A stretch of DNA of 64,000 bases, from NCBI GenBank assembly GCA_963668675.2, contig CAXXMB010000002.1:2912001-2976000 (forward strand). Direction: 5' to 3'. The stretch's first letter is position 1. Every line of letters starts with the position of its first letter. Of the stretch, positions 39,659 through 49,637 are shown piece by piece. The position numbers and the translations under genes are program-made. This DNA is from an uncultured Desulfatitalea sp. GTDB lineage: Bacteria; Desulfobacterota; Desulfobacteria; Desulfobacterales; Desulfosarcinaceae. The notes beneath the pieces were generated by a model, which saw only the letters and a program-made list of their open reading frames with translations, did no database searches and was not told where the DNA came from.

Positions 39659-41434
39659 TTAGCGCTCCCAATTCTTATGGTGGCCATTGTTGAGCAGGCT
39701 GCCGTAAGTGCTTTCAATGAGCCGTTCGATCTGGTCGGTGGTGGTCATTTTGAGCAGTTCGTCGGTGAACTGTCGGGCCTGGTCCCGGTTGAGCATCCGG
39801 ATGGCGTTTTTGATCATCGGGATGGCCTGAGGGTTGGTGCTCAACTCCTCGAATCCCATGCCGACCAGGATCGGGGCGTAGATGCTCTCGCCGGCCATTT
39901 CGCCGCACATGAAGACGGGGATGTTGTTGTGCTTGGCCGCTTCGGTGACGTGTTTGAGCAGGCGCAGTACGGCTGGGTGGATGGGGTTGTACAGGTAGGC
40001 CACGTTTCGGTTGCCGCGGTCGATGGCCATGGTGTACTGGATGAGGTCGTTGGTGCCGATGCTGAAGAAATCGACCTCTTTGGCGATGGTGTCGGCCATG
40101 ATGGCGGCCGAGGGCACTTCGATCATGACGCCCACGGGGATGCGCTTCTGGTGGGGCAGTCCGTCGTTTTTCAGAGATTGCAAGGCTTCGGCGATCAGCC
40201 GTTTGGCTTCGGTGACCTCCTCGACATGGGAGATGAGGGGCAGCAGGATGCGTACTTGTCCGTAGTTGGCGGCGCGCAGGATCGCGCGCAGCTGGGTGCG
40301 GAACACCTTGGGCTTTTGCAGGCAGTAGCGGATGGCGCGCAGGCCCAGTACCGGGTTTTCTTCCTGTTCGGTAATGTAGGACACGGCTTTGTCGCCGTTG
40401 ATGTCCAGGGTGCGGATGGTGACCGGCTTGTCGGGGATCACCTCGACCACATCTTTGTAGTTTTCGAAGAGTTCGTCTTCGCTGGGGAAGTTTTTACGCG
40501 CCAGGTACTGGAACTCGGTGCGATAGAGGCCGATGCCATCGCCACCCCGGTCGCGCACGGCGACCACCTCTTCTGGCAGTTCGATGTTGCCCATGACGGC
40601 GAGCTCCAGCCCGTCTATTGTTTTGGCCGGCAGGTGGCCGCTGCGAGCGTAGAGGGCCCGGCGCTCTTCGAATGCGGTTTTGCGGATCTCGGCTTGGGCC
40701 AGGGTCTCTTCGCTGGGGTTGATCACCACGATGCCGGCGTTGCCGTCGACCACGATGATATCGTCGTTCTGGATGACGCTGGTGGCGCGTTCCAGTCCGA
40801 GCACGGCCGGGATCTCCAGGCTGCGGGCGATGATGCTGGTGTGGGAGGCGCGCCCGCCGCTGTCGGTGACGAACCCCATGACCCGTTCAAGCTGGATCTG
40901 GCTGGTATCGGCCGGCGAGAGGTCGCGGGCCACGAGGATGACGCGTTTGGAGATGCTGCCGATATTGACGCTTTCCACTCCGGTCAAGTGCTTGAAGATG
41001 CGGTCTGAGACATTGACCACGTCCTCGGCGCGGTCTCGCAGGTAGGCATCGCCCATGCTCTCAAATAGCGGTTTGATGGCGAGGACCACTTTGCGCAGGG
41101 CCCATTCGGCATTGATCCGTTCGCGTTCGATGGTTTCGATGGTGCGCCCGTAAAGCATCTTGTCTTTGAGCAGTACGGCATGGGTCTCAAGAATCTTGGC
41201 GTTTTCGCGCAGCTCTTCGGGGGTGTCGTTGATGATCTCGTGCAGCTCGTCGGCGGCCTTTTTGACGGCGACTTTGAAGCGCTTTTTCTCCTCCTCCAGT
41301 TTCTTGTCGCTGACCGTGTACTTGGGCACCACATCGACGCCCTCCTTGTCGACCAGGTAGGCCTTGCCGATACAGATGCCCGGGGATCCGCCGATCCCGC
41401 GCAGTATGAGTTCCGGTGCTTCCTTTTCCGGCAT
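39659..41434 (-). CDS. ptsI: PTS enzyme I (PEP-protein phosphotransferase)
   Basis: GGRASHTSIIAR, GIGLYRTEF, RTLDINGDK, EENPVLGLRAIR, FFSIGTNDLIQY, CGEMAG. Confidence 0.95.
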   Translation of the reverse strand: MPEKEAPELILRGIGGSPGICIGKAYLVDKEGVDVVPKYTVSDKKLEEEKKRFKVAVKKAADELHEIINDTPEELRENAKILETHAVLLKDKMLYGRTIETIERERINAEWALRKVVLAIKPLFESMGDAYLRDRAEDVVNVSDRIFKHLTGVESVNIGSISKRVILVARDLSPADTSQIQLERVMGFVTDSGGRASHTSIIARSLEIPAVLGLERATSVIQNDDIIVVDGNAGIVVINPSEETLAQAEIRKTAFEERRALYARSGHLPAKTIDGLELAVMGNIELPEEVVAVRDRGGDGIGLYRTEFQYLARKNFPSEDELFENYKDVVEVIPDKPVTIRTLDINGDKAVSYITEQEENPVLGLRAIRYCLQKPKVFRTQLRAILRAANYGQVRILLPLISHVEEVTEAKRLIAEALQSLKNDGLPHQKRIPVGVMIEVPSAAIMADTIAKEVDFFSIGTNDLIQYTMAIDRGNRNVAYLYNPIHPAVLRLLKHVTEAAKHNNIPVFMCGEMAGESIYAPILVGMGFEELSTNPQAIPMIKNAIRMLNRDQARQFTDELLKMTTTDQIERLIESTYGSLLNNGHHKNWER

Positions 41435-41441
41435 GGGTTTG

Positions 41442-41735
41442 CTACTCTCCAAAACCGCTGTTGAACAGTTCAGCGATTCGATTCAAAATGTCCATATCCG
41501 ACGAGGCGTCGATTCGCACCCTTACCCGGTCGCCTTGTTGGGCTCCCAGGGTGAGGATGTCGATGATCTGCTTGGCGTCCACCTCCTCGTCGTCCGATTG
41601 GAGCCATACTCCCTTATCGGCCTCTTGGGCTGTTTTGGCAAGTTTGGCTGCTGAACGGGCATGCAGACCCAGTTCGTTGACGATTTTCAGTTCCCGATAG
41701 AGCAACTGATCCTTTTGTTCCATTTGGGTAGCCAT
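41442..41735 (-). CDS. ptsH: HPr family phosphocarrier
   Basis: IVNELGLHARSAAKL; ends FNSGFGE; upstream of ptsI. Confidence 0.9.
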   Translation of the reverse strand: MATQMEQKDQLLYRELKIVNELGLHARSAAKLAKTAQEADKGVWLQSDDEEVDAKQIIDILTLGAQQGDRVRVRIDASSDMDILNRIAELFNSGFGE

Positions 41736-41915
41736 TCGAGATCGAGCCTGACTAGGTGGATTGGAGGCTGTCGCATTTTATAAAGCTGTTGTTAGTACCA
41801 TCATCATCCGACAGTGTCAACGGGGTTTGATTGACAATTTGATAGTATGCCGATAAGAAACAGATTATTGTAATTTAACGAAAAACCTAAGCAGGGGTCC
41901 CACGGAGGATGGGTT

Positions 41916-42566
41916 ATGGAAAAGCAATTTCTGATCGACGATCTCAAACTGAGCGAATCATGGCGGCTGTTTCGTATTCTGGGTGAATTTGTTGAGGGGG
42001 TGGAGCGGCTGCACGACCTTGGGCCGGCGGTGAGTATATTTGGGTCTGCCCGGATTCAGCCGGACGATCCGATCTGCCAGAAGGCCGAGCGCATTGCCGA
42101 GCTTTTTGCACAAAACAAATTCGCGGTTATCACGGGCGGCGGCGGCGGGGTCATGGAGGCGGCCAACAAAGGCGCAGCAAGGGCCGGCGGACCTTCAGTG
42201 GGGCTTAATATAAAATTACCGTTCGAGCAGGCGCCCAATCCCCATGCGGATCTGCAGATAGAGTTCAACTATTTTTTCATCCGCAAGGTGATGTTTATCA
42301 AATATGCATACGCGTATATTGCCATGCCGGGCGGATTTGGAACTTTGGATGAGGTGTTCGAGGTGATGACCCTGATTCAGACCCGGCGGGTCAAGCCGTT
42401 CCCCATCATTCTGGTGGGCAGCGACTACTGGTCAGGGCTGCTTGACTGGATCAAGGAGCAATTGAGGGAGACGGGGAAGATCTCGCCGAATGATATCGAT
42501 ATCGTTCAAATCATCGACGATCCGGAAGAGGTGGTGGAGACTGTGAAACGCTTCGTGATTGTGTAG
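41916..42566 (+). CDS. LOG-family (TIGR00730) nucleotide phosphoribohydrolase
   Basis: VSIFGSAR, ITGGGGGVMEAANKGA, PGGFGTLDE. Confidence 0.9.
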   Translation: MEKQFLIDDLKLSESWRLFRILGEFVEGVERLHDLGPAVSIFGSARIQPDDPICQKAERIAELFAQNKFAVITGGGGGVMEAANKGAARAGGPSVGLNIKLPFEQAPNPHADLQIEFNYFFIRKVMFIKYAYAYIAMPGGFGTLDEVFEVMTLIQTRRVKPFPIILVGSDYWSGLLDWIKEQLRETGKISPNDIDIVQIIDDPEEVVETVKRFVIV

Positions 42567-42643
42567 TTGGCTGCCGCTATCGGTTGGGAGTGCAAAGGCA
42601 GCTGATGGTGGCAATGGCTATCGCCTATTGAGATAGATAGGAT

Positions 42644-44233
42644 GTGATCTTGGTTGATCAGGCATCATACGAAACGTTGTCTCGGGAGGTCGCGGCGCTC
42701 AAGGCGCAGTCCGAGAGGCTGCTTGCAGCCGAGGGGGCGGTGCAGCGAAACAATGAGTATCTGACCGCCCTGCACGAAACCGCCCTGGGCCTGATCGACA
42801 AGCTCGATACCCAGGAGTTGCTGCAGACCATCCTCGAGCGGGCCGTGGCGCTGGCCCGAACCCGGCATGGGTACATCTATCTTTGCGGGCCGGACGACAG
42901 CTACATGGAGATCCGGGTTGGCATGGGGTTTTTCAGCGGCCAGTTGGGGCGCCGGGTGAGTTGCGGCGAGGGGATGGGAGGCAAGGTGTGGCAGGCAGGG
43001 CGTCCCCTGGTGGTGGATGATTACCAGCGTTGGCCTGATCGTCTGCCCGACGACTCCCTGGACCGCCTGCATTGCATCGTGGGCATTCCGCTCAAATTCG
43101 ACCAGCGGATACGGGGGGTGATCGGGCTGGGTCATGTGGACCCGGATCGCCACTTCGATCAGGAGGCCGTTCAGCTGCTGGAGCGTTTTGCAGCGCTGGC
43201 CCTCTTGGCTCTCGAGAAGGCCGAGCTCTATATGAAGGTGCGCCGGGAGCTGGGCGAACGGCAGAAGGCCGAAGCGCGTATACGTGAAAGCGAACAGCGC
43301 TATCGCAATTTTCTGGAGTCCTCCCCGGACCCGATCGTGGTCTACAACATGGAGGGGATCGCCACATACGCCAATCCCGCCTTCGAGAGGACCTTCGGCA
43401 TGTCGCGGCAGGAGATATTGGGCCAGAGGGTCGATTTCGTCCCACCCGAGGCGTGGCCGGAGACCCGTGCCGCCATCGACGCCATGCTCCACGGTCAGAC
43501 GATCAAGCTGTTCGAGACCCGGCGTTTGACCAAGGACGGCCGTAAGCTGGATGTCCAGATCAGCTCGTGTCTCTACATGGACGACTCGGGCAACCATGTG
43601 GGCAACATCGTCACCCTGCGCGATATTTCAGATCGCAAGCGGGCCGAACGGGCGCTGCACAACTATCAGGATCAGCTCGAAGCGCTGGTGCAGGAGCGCA
43701 CCCAGGAGCTGAACGTGGCCAATGAGCATCTTGGCCGGGAGGTGGATGACCGCAAGCGGGCCGAGAAGGCGCTGCGCAGGCGGGAGGTGGATCTGCAGGC
43801 TCAGTCCCAGCATCTGGAGGAGGTCAACACGGCACTGCGGGTGCTGCTCAAGCAGCGCGGTGAGGACAAGGACGAGTTGATCAATAATGTGATGAACAAT
43901 GTCAAAGAGCTGGTGTTGCCCTATCTTGAACGGATCAACCAGACACGCATGAGCACGCGCCAACAGACCCTTGTGCGTATCCTTGAGTCCAACTTGAACC
44001 ATATCGTGTCGCCCTTCGTGCAGCGACTATCTGCCCGCATGGCCGGTTTGACGCCGGCGGAGATCCGTATTGCCAATCTGATCAAGGAGGGCAAGACCAA
44101 TAAGGAGATCGCCGGGCTCATGTTCATCTCCAAAAACACCGTGCTCTATCATCGGCACAATATCCGCAAGAAACTAAAACTCACCGGCACCGCCGTAAAC
44201 CTGCGGTCTCACTTGTTGACCATGGATGAGTAG
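42644..44233 (+). CDS. GAF-PAS-LuxR transcriptional regulator
   Basis: GAF (GEGMGGKVWQAG), PAS (NPAFERTFG...TLRDISDRK), LuxR HTH (LTPAEIRIANLIKEGKTNKEIA). Confidence 0.88.
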   Translation: MILVDQASYETLSREVAALKAQSERLLAAEGAVQRNNEYLTALHETALGLIDKLDTQELLQTILERAVALARTRHGYIYLCGPDDSYMEIRVGMGFFSGQLGRRVSCGEGMGGKVWQAGRPLVVDDYQRWPDRLPDDSLDRLHCIVGIPLKFDQRIRGVIGLGHVDPDRHFDQEAVQLLERFAALALLALEKAELYMKVRRELGERQKAEARIRESEQRYRNFLESSPDPIVVYNMEGIATYANPAFERTFGMSRQEILGQRVDFVPPEAWPETRAAIDAMLHGQTIKLFETRRLTKDGRKLDVQISSCLYMDDSGNHVGNIVTLRDISDRKRAERALHNYQDQLEALVQERTQELNVANEHLGREVDDRKRAEKALRRREVDLQAQSQHLEEVNTALRVLLKQRGEDKDELINNVMNNVKELVLPYLERINQTRMSTRQQTLVRILESNLNHIVSPFVQRLSARMAGLTPAEIRIANLIKEGKTNKEIAGLMFISKNTVLYHRHNIRKKLKLTGTAVNLRSHLLTMDE

Positions 44234-44262
44234 TGGCAAAAACCCACTATTAACCCACTATT
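44231..44262. promoter_or_regulatory. Putative operator upstream of the ABC operon
   Basis: Direct repeat AACCCACTATT x2 (44241, 44252) and inverted TAGTGG/CCACTA. Confidence 0.4.
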
Positions 44263-44406
44263 TTATCAACTTGACAACCTTCCGGGGCGTGCGTTTTAAT
44301 ACCTTTACCGCTCTATTCAATCTGGTGCTGTTCAATCTGAAGCTGTGATTCCGGTTTGCGGTGTGCAAACACAACTTAAAACAATGACTCCTGGCCCCAC
44401 TGCCCT

Positions 44407-45168
44407 ATGAATGCTTTATCGGTTTCCAACGTGACACTTACCTTTGGCGGGCTGCATGCGCTCTCCGATGTCAGCCTTTCGATCCAGCCGGGTCTGATCA
44501 CTTCGATCATCGGTCCCAACGGGGCCGGGAAGACCAGTATGCTTAACTGCATCTCCGGGTTCTACCACCCCACGCACGGTCAAATTCTCTACGGGGAGCA
44601 CTCCCTGAGCCATGCATCGCCTCACCAGGTGTCGAGTTGGGGGATCGCTCGCGCCTTTCAGAACATTGAGCTTTTCGGCGGGTTGACCGTGCTGGATAAT
44701 CTGATGCTGGCGCGGCATCGCAAGCTTCACTACAGCTTTTTGCACGCGGTGGTCTATATGGGGAAGGCGTCTCGCCTGGAGGCAGAAAACAGGGCTTATG
44801 TCGAAGATATCATCGATTTCATGGAGCTTGAGCCCTACCGCAAACATCCGGTGGGCAATCTGAGCTACGGGGTTCAAAAACGGGTCGAGGTGGCCCGGGC
44901 GTTGACCCTGGCACCCGAACTGCTGCTGCTCGACGAGCCCATGGCTGGCATGAATATCGAAGAGAAAGAGGACATGGTGCGCTTTGTGATCGACATCCAG
45001 AAAGAGCGCCACACCACGGTGGTGCTGGTCGAGCACGACCTGGGCGTGGTCATGGATATCTCCGATCAGATCTACGTGCTCGATTTTGGAGAAGTGATCG
45101 GTGCGGGCCGCCCGGACGAGGTGGCCAAAAATGCGAAGGTGGTGGAGGCATACATTGGAGAAGATTAA
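44407..45168 (+). CDS. Branched-chain-type ABC transporter ATP-binding protein (LivG-like)
   Basis: GPNGAGKT, LSYGVQKRVE, LLLDEP. Confidence 0.9.
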   Translation: MNALSVSNVTLTFGGLHALSDVSLSIQPGLITSIIGPNGAGKTSMLNCISGFYHPTHGQILYGEHSLSHASPHQVSSWGIARAFQNIELFGGLTVLDNLMLARHRKLHYSFLHAVVYMGKASRLEAENRAYVEDIIDFMELEPYRKHPVGNLSYGVQKRVEVARALTLAPELLLLDEPMAGMNIEEKEDMVRFVIDIQKERHTTVVLVEHDLGVVMDISDQIYVLDFGEVIGAGRPDEVAKNAKVVEAYIGED

Positions 45169-45300
45169 AAGAAGTATGAAAGCAGAAAAGTTGAAGGTAT
45201 GAAAATGACGGTAGTCTATCGATTGATATAGCGAAGGGTTGGCTGCCGGCATCTTGTATTTGACTTCAGCCCTTATGCATAATTTTAGAGAAGAGTGCGC

Positions 45301-47238
45301 ATGACGGATCAGGATACATTGTTGGAATACACCATCCCCCAGCTGCTGCGGTGGCGGGTGGAGCTGACCGGCGATCGGGTCGCGTTGCGTGAGAAGGAGT
45401 TCGGCATATGGCGCAGCCTGACCTGGAAGCAGTACTACGAACTGGTGCGCAAGGCTGCGCTGGGTCTGGAGCAGATCGGTTTGCGCAAGGGGCACACCAT
45501 CGCCGTGATCAGCGATAATATACCGGAGATCCTGATCGTTGCCATCGGCGCCCAATCACTGGGGGCGATTTCCGCCGGTATTTATCAGAGCAGTTTGCCC
45601 CACGAGATCGCTGACATCCTCAACTACATAGAGGCCAGGTATGTCTTCTGCGACGATCAAGAGCAGGTCGACAAACTGGTCGAGGTGCGCGCCAAGATCC
45701 CCAGCATCCAAAAGGTGATCTACGAAGACCCCCGTGGCATGCGGGGCTACCGCAGCGACGAGTGGTTTGTCTTCATCGAGGATATCTACCGGTTAGGCGA
45801 AGCGTGTCTGGAGGAGAACGAAGCGCTTTTCGACGATATGATTGCCAAGGGCAAGCCGGACGATGTGTGCCATCTTTGCCTCACCTCCGGCACCACCGGT
45901 TTGCCCAAGGGCGCCATGATGACCCACCGCAACTATATCAATATGGGGGTTCAGATCACCAAAGCCGATCCTCTGGAGGCCGATGACGAATATATGTCGT
46001 TTCTACCGTTTGCCTGGATCGGCGAGCAGATGAACTCTTTCGGGGTGGCGCTGGCCACAGGCATATCGATCAATTTTCCCGAATCGGTGGAGACGATCAT
46101 GGCTGATCTCAAAGAGGTCGGCCCGCACTTCATGTTCGGCGCACCGAGAATCTACGAGACCATCCGTTCCGAGATCTGGTTGAAGATCGACGAGTCCTAC
46201 TGGCTCAACCGGACTTTCTACAACTACTTCATAAAGATCGGCCAGCAGGCGGCCGAGTACCGCATGAGCGGCCGCAAGATGCCGTTCAAACTGGCTGTGC
46301 TGGCCTGGCTCGGCAAAACCATGGTCTTCAATCCCTTGATCAATCAGTTGGGGCTGCTGAGGCTGCGACGGGCCTATACGGGGGGAGCGGCCCTGGGGCC
46401 TGAGCTGTTCACCTTCTACCAGGCCATCGGGGTGAACTTGAAACAGATTTACGGTCAGACCGAAATCACCGGGATCGCTTACATGCATCGGGACGGGGAT
46501 ATCCGTTCGGACACGGTGGGCGAACCGCTGCCCGGCACCGAGTGCCGCATCTCCGAAGATGGCGAAATTTTATCGCGTTCGGCTTCGGTGTGCGCCGGCT
46601 ATTTCAAGCTGCCGGAGAAGACCGAGGAGCTGCTCGAAGGCGGCTGGCTCCATTCGGGCGATGCCGGGTTCATCGACGAGAACGGCCACCTGGTGGTGAT
46701 CGATCGTGTATCCGATGTGATGCACAACAACGCCGGGGAGATGTTCAGCCCCATGTTCCTGGAGAACAAACTCAAGTTCAGCCCCTACATCAAAGAGGCG
46801 GTGATCTACGGAGATAAACAGGAATATGTGGCCGCTTTGGTCAATATCGACCCCATCATCGTAGGGAAGTGGGCTGAAGATCGACGCATCTCTTTTACCA
46901 CCTTCATGGATCTTTCCCAGAAGGAGGAGGTGGCTGATCTGATCTTCAAAGAGATTGTGGCCATCAACGATGCGGTGGAGAAGCCCCATTTCAAGATCCG
47001 GCGTTTTGCCATCCTGTATAAGTTGCTCGATGTGGACGACGGCGAACTGACAAAGACTGGCAAGATCCGGCGTGATTTCGTGCAAAACCGCTACCAGCCG
47101 CTCTATGAGGCCCTTTACGACAGGACTGTAGAGACCAAGAAGGTGGAAGCCACGTTCCAGTATCAGGACGGACAGACCACCACGGTTGAAACAGAGATGC
47201 GGTTTTACACGGTAGATGAGAATGAGGCAGTAACGTAA
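45301..47238 (+). CDS. Long-chain acyl-CoA synthetase (AMP-binding)
   Basis: TSGTTGLPKG, YGQTE, WLHSGDAG, LENKLKFSPYI. Confidence 0.9.
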   Translation: MTDQDTLLEYTIPQLLRWRVELTGDRVALREKEFGIWRSLTWKQYYELVRKAALGLEQIGLRKGHTIAVISDNIPEILIVAIGAQSLGAISAGIYQSSLPHEIADILNYIEARYVFCDDQEQVDKLVEVRAKIPSIQKVIYEDPRGMRGYRSDEWFVFIEDIYRLGEACLEENEALFDDMIAKGKPDDVCHLCLTSGTTGLPKGAMMTHRNYINMGVQITKADPLEADDEYMSFLPFAWIGEQMNSFGVALATGISINFPESVETIMADLKEVGPHFMFGAPRIYETIRSEIWLKIDESYWLNRTFYNYFIKIGQQAAEYRMSGRKMPFKLAVLAWLGKTMVFNPLINQLGLLRLRRAYTGGAALGPELFTFYQAIGVNLKQIYGQTEITGIAYMHRDGDIRSDTVGEPLPGTECRISEDGEILSRSASVCAGYFKLPEKTEELLEGGWLHSGDAGFIDENGHLVVIDRVSDVMHNNAGEMFSPMFLENKLKFSPYIKEAVIYGDKQEYVAALVNIDPIIVGKWAEDRRISFTTFMDLSQKEEVADLIFKEIVAINDAVEKPHFKIRRFAILYKLLDVDDGELTKTGKIRRDFVQNRYQPLYEALYDRTVETKKVEATFQYQDGQTTTVETEMRFYTVDENEAVT

Positions 47239-47300
47239 CATGCAACAACGTCCCCCTCTGAAAAAGGGGGATTCAGGGGAAGAATTACGGGTAGCCTCCT

Positions 47301-48194
47301 ATGAGCTATTTTCTGCAACTGGTCGTCAGCGGTATCGTGGTGGGATCGATCTACGCCCTCTCCGGTTTAGGCTTTGTACTGATCTACAAATCCAGCCGGG
47401 TGCTCAACATCGCCCACGGCCAGATCATCGCTGCCGGTGCCTTCATCACCTACGCCCTGACCGTTTGGTTGGGCATCCCGCTCTACATCTCTTTTCTGGT
47501 CAGCATGGTGGTGACCTTCTTCCTTGCCATGAGTGTCGAGCGCATATTTCTGCGCCGCCTCATCGGAGAGCCGATCATTTCGGTCATCATGGTGACCATC
47601 GGCCTGATGTCCATCCTCGACGGTATCATCTATCTGACCCCCTTCGGCACGGTTAACTACTCCTTTCCGGAGTTTTTCCCCAAGACGCCCATCGAATTCC
47701 TTGGGGTCTCCATCTCCTGGACGCAGTTGGTCGGCGTCATCATCACCTTTGTATTTATCGGGCTGTTCACCTGGTTCTTCAAAAAGTCGACGGTGGGCAT
47801 CTCCATGCGGGCCGTGTCCGATGACCAGTTCGCTTCCATGTCGGTGGGGATCTCCGTGCCCAAGGTGTTCGGGCTGGCGTGGGCCATGGCCGGTCTGAGC
47901 GCAGCCGCGGCCGGTGGCATTATCGGCAATATTACCGGCCTCAACTTCGAAACCCTGCACGCTTTCGGCATTATCGTCTTTCCGGTGGTGATTCTGGGCG
48001 GGCTCGATTCGATCATCGGGGCAGTGGTGGCCGGTATCATAATGGGGTTGATCCAGCAGTTCGCAGCCGGTTACCTGGACGGCAACTGGGGCCTCAACGG
48101 GACGGCCGACGTGCTGCCCTACATTATTCTGTTGATCATTCTGCTTTTCAAACCGCACGGCCTGTTCGGAACGCATGAGATTGAACGGGTGTAG
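47301..48194 (+). CDS. ABC permease (LivH-like)
   Basis: GSIYALSGLGFVLIYKSSRVLNIAHG, MRAVSDD, ILGGLDS. Confidence 0.9.
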   Translation: MSYFLQLVVSGIVVGSIYALSGLGFVLIYKSSRVLNIAHGQIIAAGAFITYALTVWLGIPLYISFLVSMVVTFFLAMSVERIFLRRLIGEPIISVIMVTIGLMSILDGIIYLTPFGTVNYSFPEFFPKTPIEFLGVSISWTQLVGVIITFVFIGLFTWFFKKSTVGISMRAVSDDQFASMSVGISVPKVFGLAWAMAGLSAAAAGGIIGNITGLNFETLHAFGIIVFPVVILGGLDSIIGAVVAGIIMGLIQQFAAGYLDGNWGLNGTADVLPYIILLIILLFKPHGLFGTHEIERV

Positions 48195-48254
48195 GTGCTT
48201 CGATCCGATGATTTCGGTTCCGATGTGAACAGGGCAATGGAAGTAGTTCGATTT

Positions 48255-48291
48255 CAGTTTAAAGTGTTAAGTTTGAAGTTTAAAGTGAAGG
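48255..48291. repeat. Heptamer-periodic repeat arm, related to 51777-51946
   Basis: AGTTTAA AGTGTTA AGTTTGA AGTTTAA AGTGAAG. Confidence 0.65.
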
Positions 48292-48325
48292 AAAAGATCG
48301 ATTAGATAGATGCAGGCAAATTGAC

Positions 48326-48350
48326 GTAGGGGCGGGGTTTATCCCCGCCC
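48326..48350 (+). repeat. GTAG-type REP palindrome
   Basis: GTAG-GGGCGGGG-TTTAT-CCCCGCCC. Confidence 0.65.
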
Positions 48351-48469
48351 GGGCAAACGCAAGAGCGCCTCGATGACAACGTGCCGGGTATATAGCAAAG
48401 GCGTTCGAGCACCAGAGCGATAGATTACAGGCAGAAAAGCAAACGCTTAAAATACATTGGAAAGAGATT

Positions 48470-49564
48470 ATGTCCGCGAATCGATGGCTGGCCACCGGCA
48501 ATTTTTTCAGCACTTACAGGGAAGAGCAGCGTATCTTTTTTACCCATCTCGATCGACTCGTATTTCTGGTTTTTCTCGCGGTGCTGTTTGCCTGGCCGTT
48601 GGCATTTGATGTCAGCAACAAGTATATGCTGGTGGTCGACAACATCTTGATTGCCATGGTGGCGATTATCGGGCTCAATCTGGTGACCGGGTTTGCCGGG
48701 CTGATCTCAATCGGGCATGCCGCCTTCGTGGGGGTGGGGGCTTACACCCTGGCCCTTTTTGCCCGCACCATGGGTGATTCTCATGTGCTGGTGACCCATG
48801 CCTGGCCGCTGATGCTGATCATCTCCGGTCTTGTCGGGTCTATTTTCGGCGCTTTCGTCGGTTTGCCGGCGCTGCGCCTGAAGCATCTCTACCTGGCCAT
48901 CGCGACGCTCTCGTTCCAGATGATTTTTCAGTGGACGATCAACTTCCTGCCGCTGTTCAACCAGGGGCAGACCATTCCCATCGGCCGGGTTTACTGGTTC
49001 ACCGGCATGGTGCCCCGCAAGGAGCACTACTTTTTCTGGTACTATGTGATATTGACCATCGTGGTCATCTTCGGCCTTGGGGTGCGCAACCTGTTGCGAA
49101 CGCGCTACGGAAGGTGTCTGGTGGCGGTGCGCGACAACGATCGGGCGGCCGACGCCATGGGGATGAATCCTGGGATGACCAAGGTGTACGCCTTTGCCCT
49201 GGCCGGCTTCTTCGCCGGTGTGGCCGGCGCCCTGCACGCCTATCTCTACCGCGGCGCGGGCATCGAATCGTTCACCCTGACCCAGTCGATCTCCTACCTG
49301 GCCATGGCCATCGTGGGCGGATTGGGCACCTTGACCGGATCGTTCTGGGGGCCGGCCGCCATCCGTATCCTTGACCTGCAGGTCGAAAATCTGGTTGAAT
49401 GGTCAGCGCAGTTCATGCCGGCCAACATGAACCTGGCCACGGCCCTCAAACCGTTGACCTTCGGGCTGGTCATCGTCCTTTTTCTGATGTTCGAACCGCG
49501 CGGCATCGCCAACTGGTGGCGCATTTGCCGTTCGTATTTGAAGCTTTGGCCTTTCCGCTACTGA
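48470..49564 (+). CDS. ABC permease (LivM-like)
   Basis: GLNLVTGFAGLISIGHAAF, YLAIATL, AVRDNDRAA, VGGLGT. Confidence 0.9.
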   Translation: MSANRWLATGNFFSTYREEQRIFFTHLDRLVFLVFLAVLFAWPLAFDVSNKYMLVVDNILIAMVAIIGLNLVTGFAGLISIGHAAFVGVGAYTLALFARTMGDSHVLVTHAWPLMLIISGLVGSIFGAFVGLPALRLKHLYLAIATLSFQMIFQWTINFLPLFNQGQTIPIGRVYWFTGMVPRKEHYFFWYYVILTIVVIFGLGVRNLLRTRYGRCLVAVRDNDRAADAMGMNPGMTKVYAFALAGFFAGVAGALHAYLYRGAGIESFTLTQSISYLAMAIVGGLGTLTGSFWGPAAIRILDLQVENLVEWSAQFMPANMNLATALKPLTFGLVIVLFLMFEPRGIANWWRICRSYLKLWPFRY

Positions 49565-49637
49565 TCGCCGAAAGGCCGACGAGGGGTCTATCAATGGGCA
49601 AGGGGTTATGACGCCCGCCAAAAATGGGAGGGTACGT

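Noticed and set aside
39605..41008. 467-aa plus-strand ORF and similar long antisense ORFs (e.g. 42665..43597, 53071..54030, 62954..63877)
   Set aside because: Shadow frames of well-supported genes in GC-rich DNA
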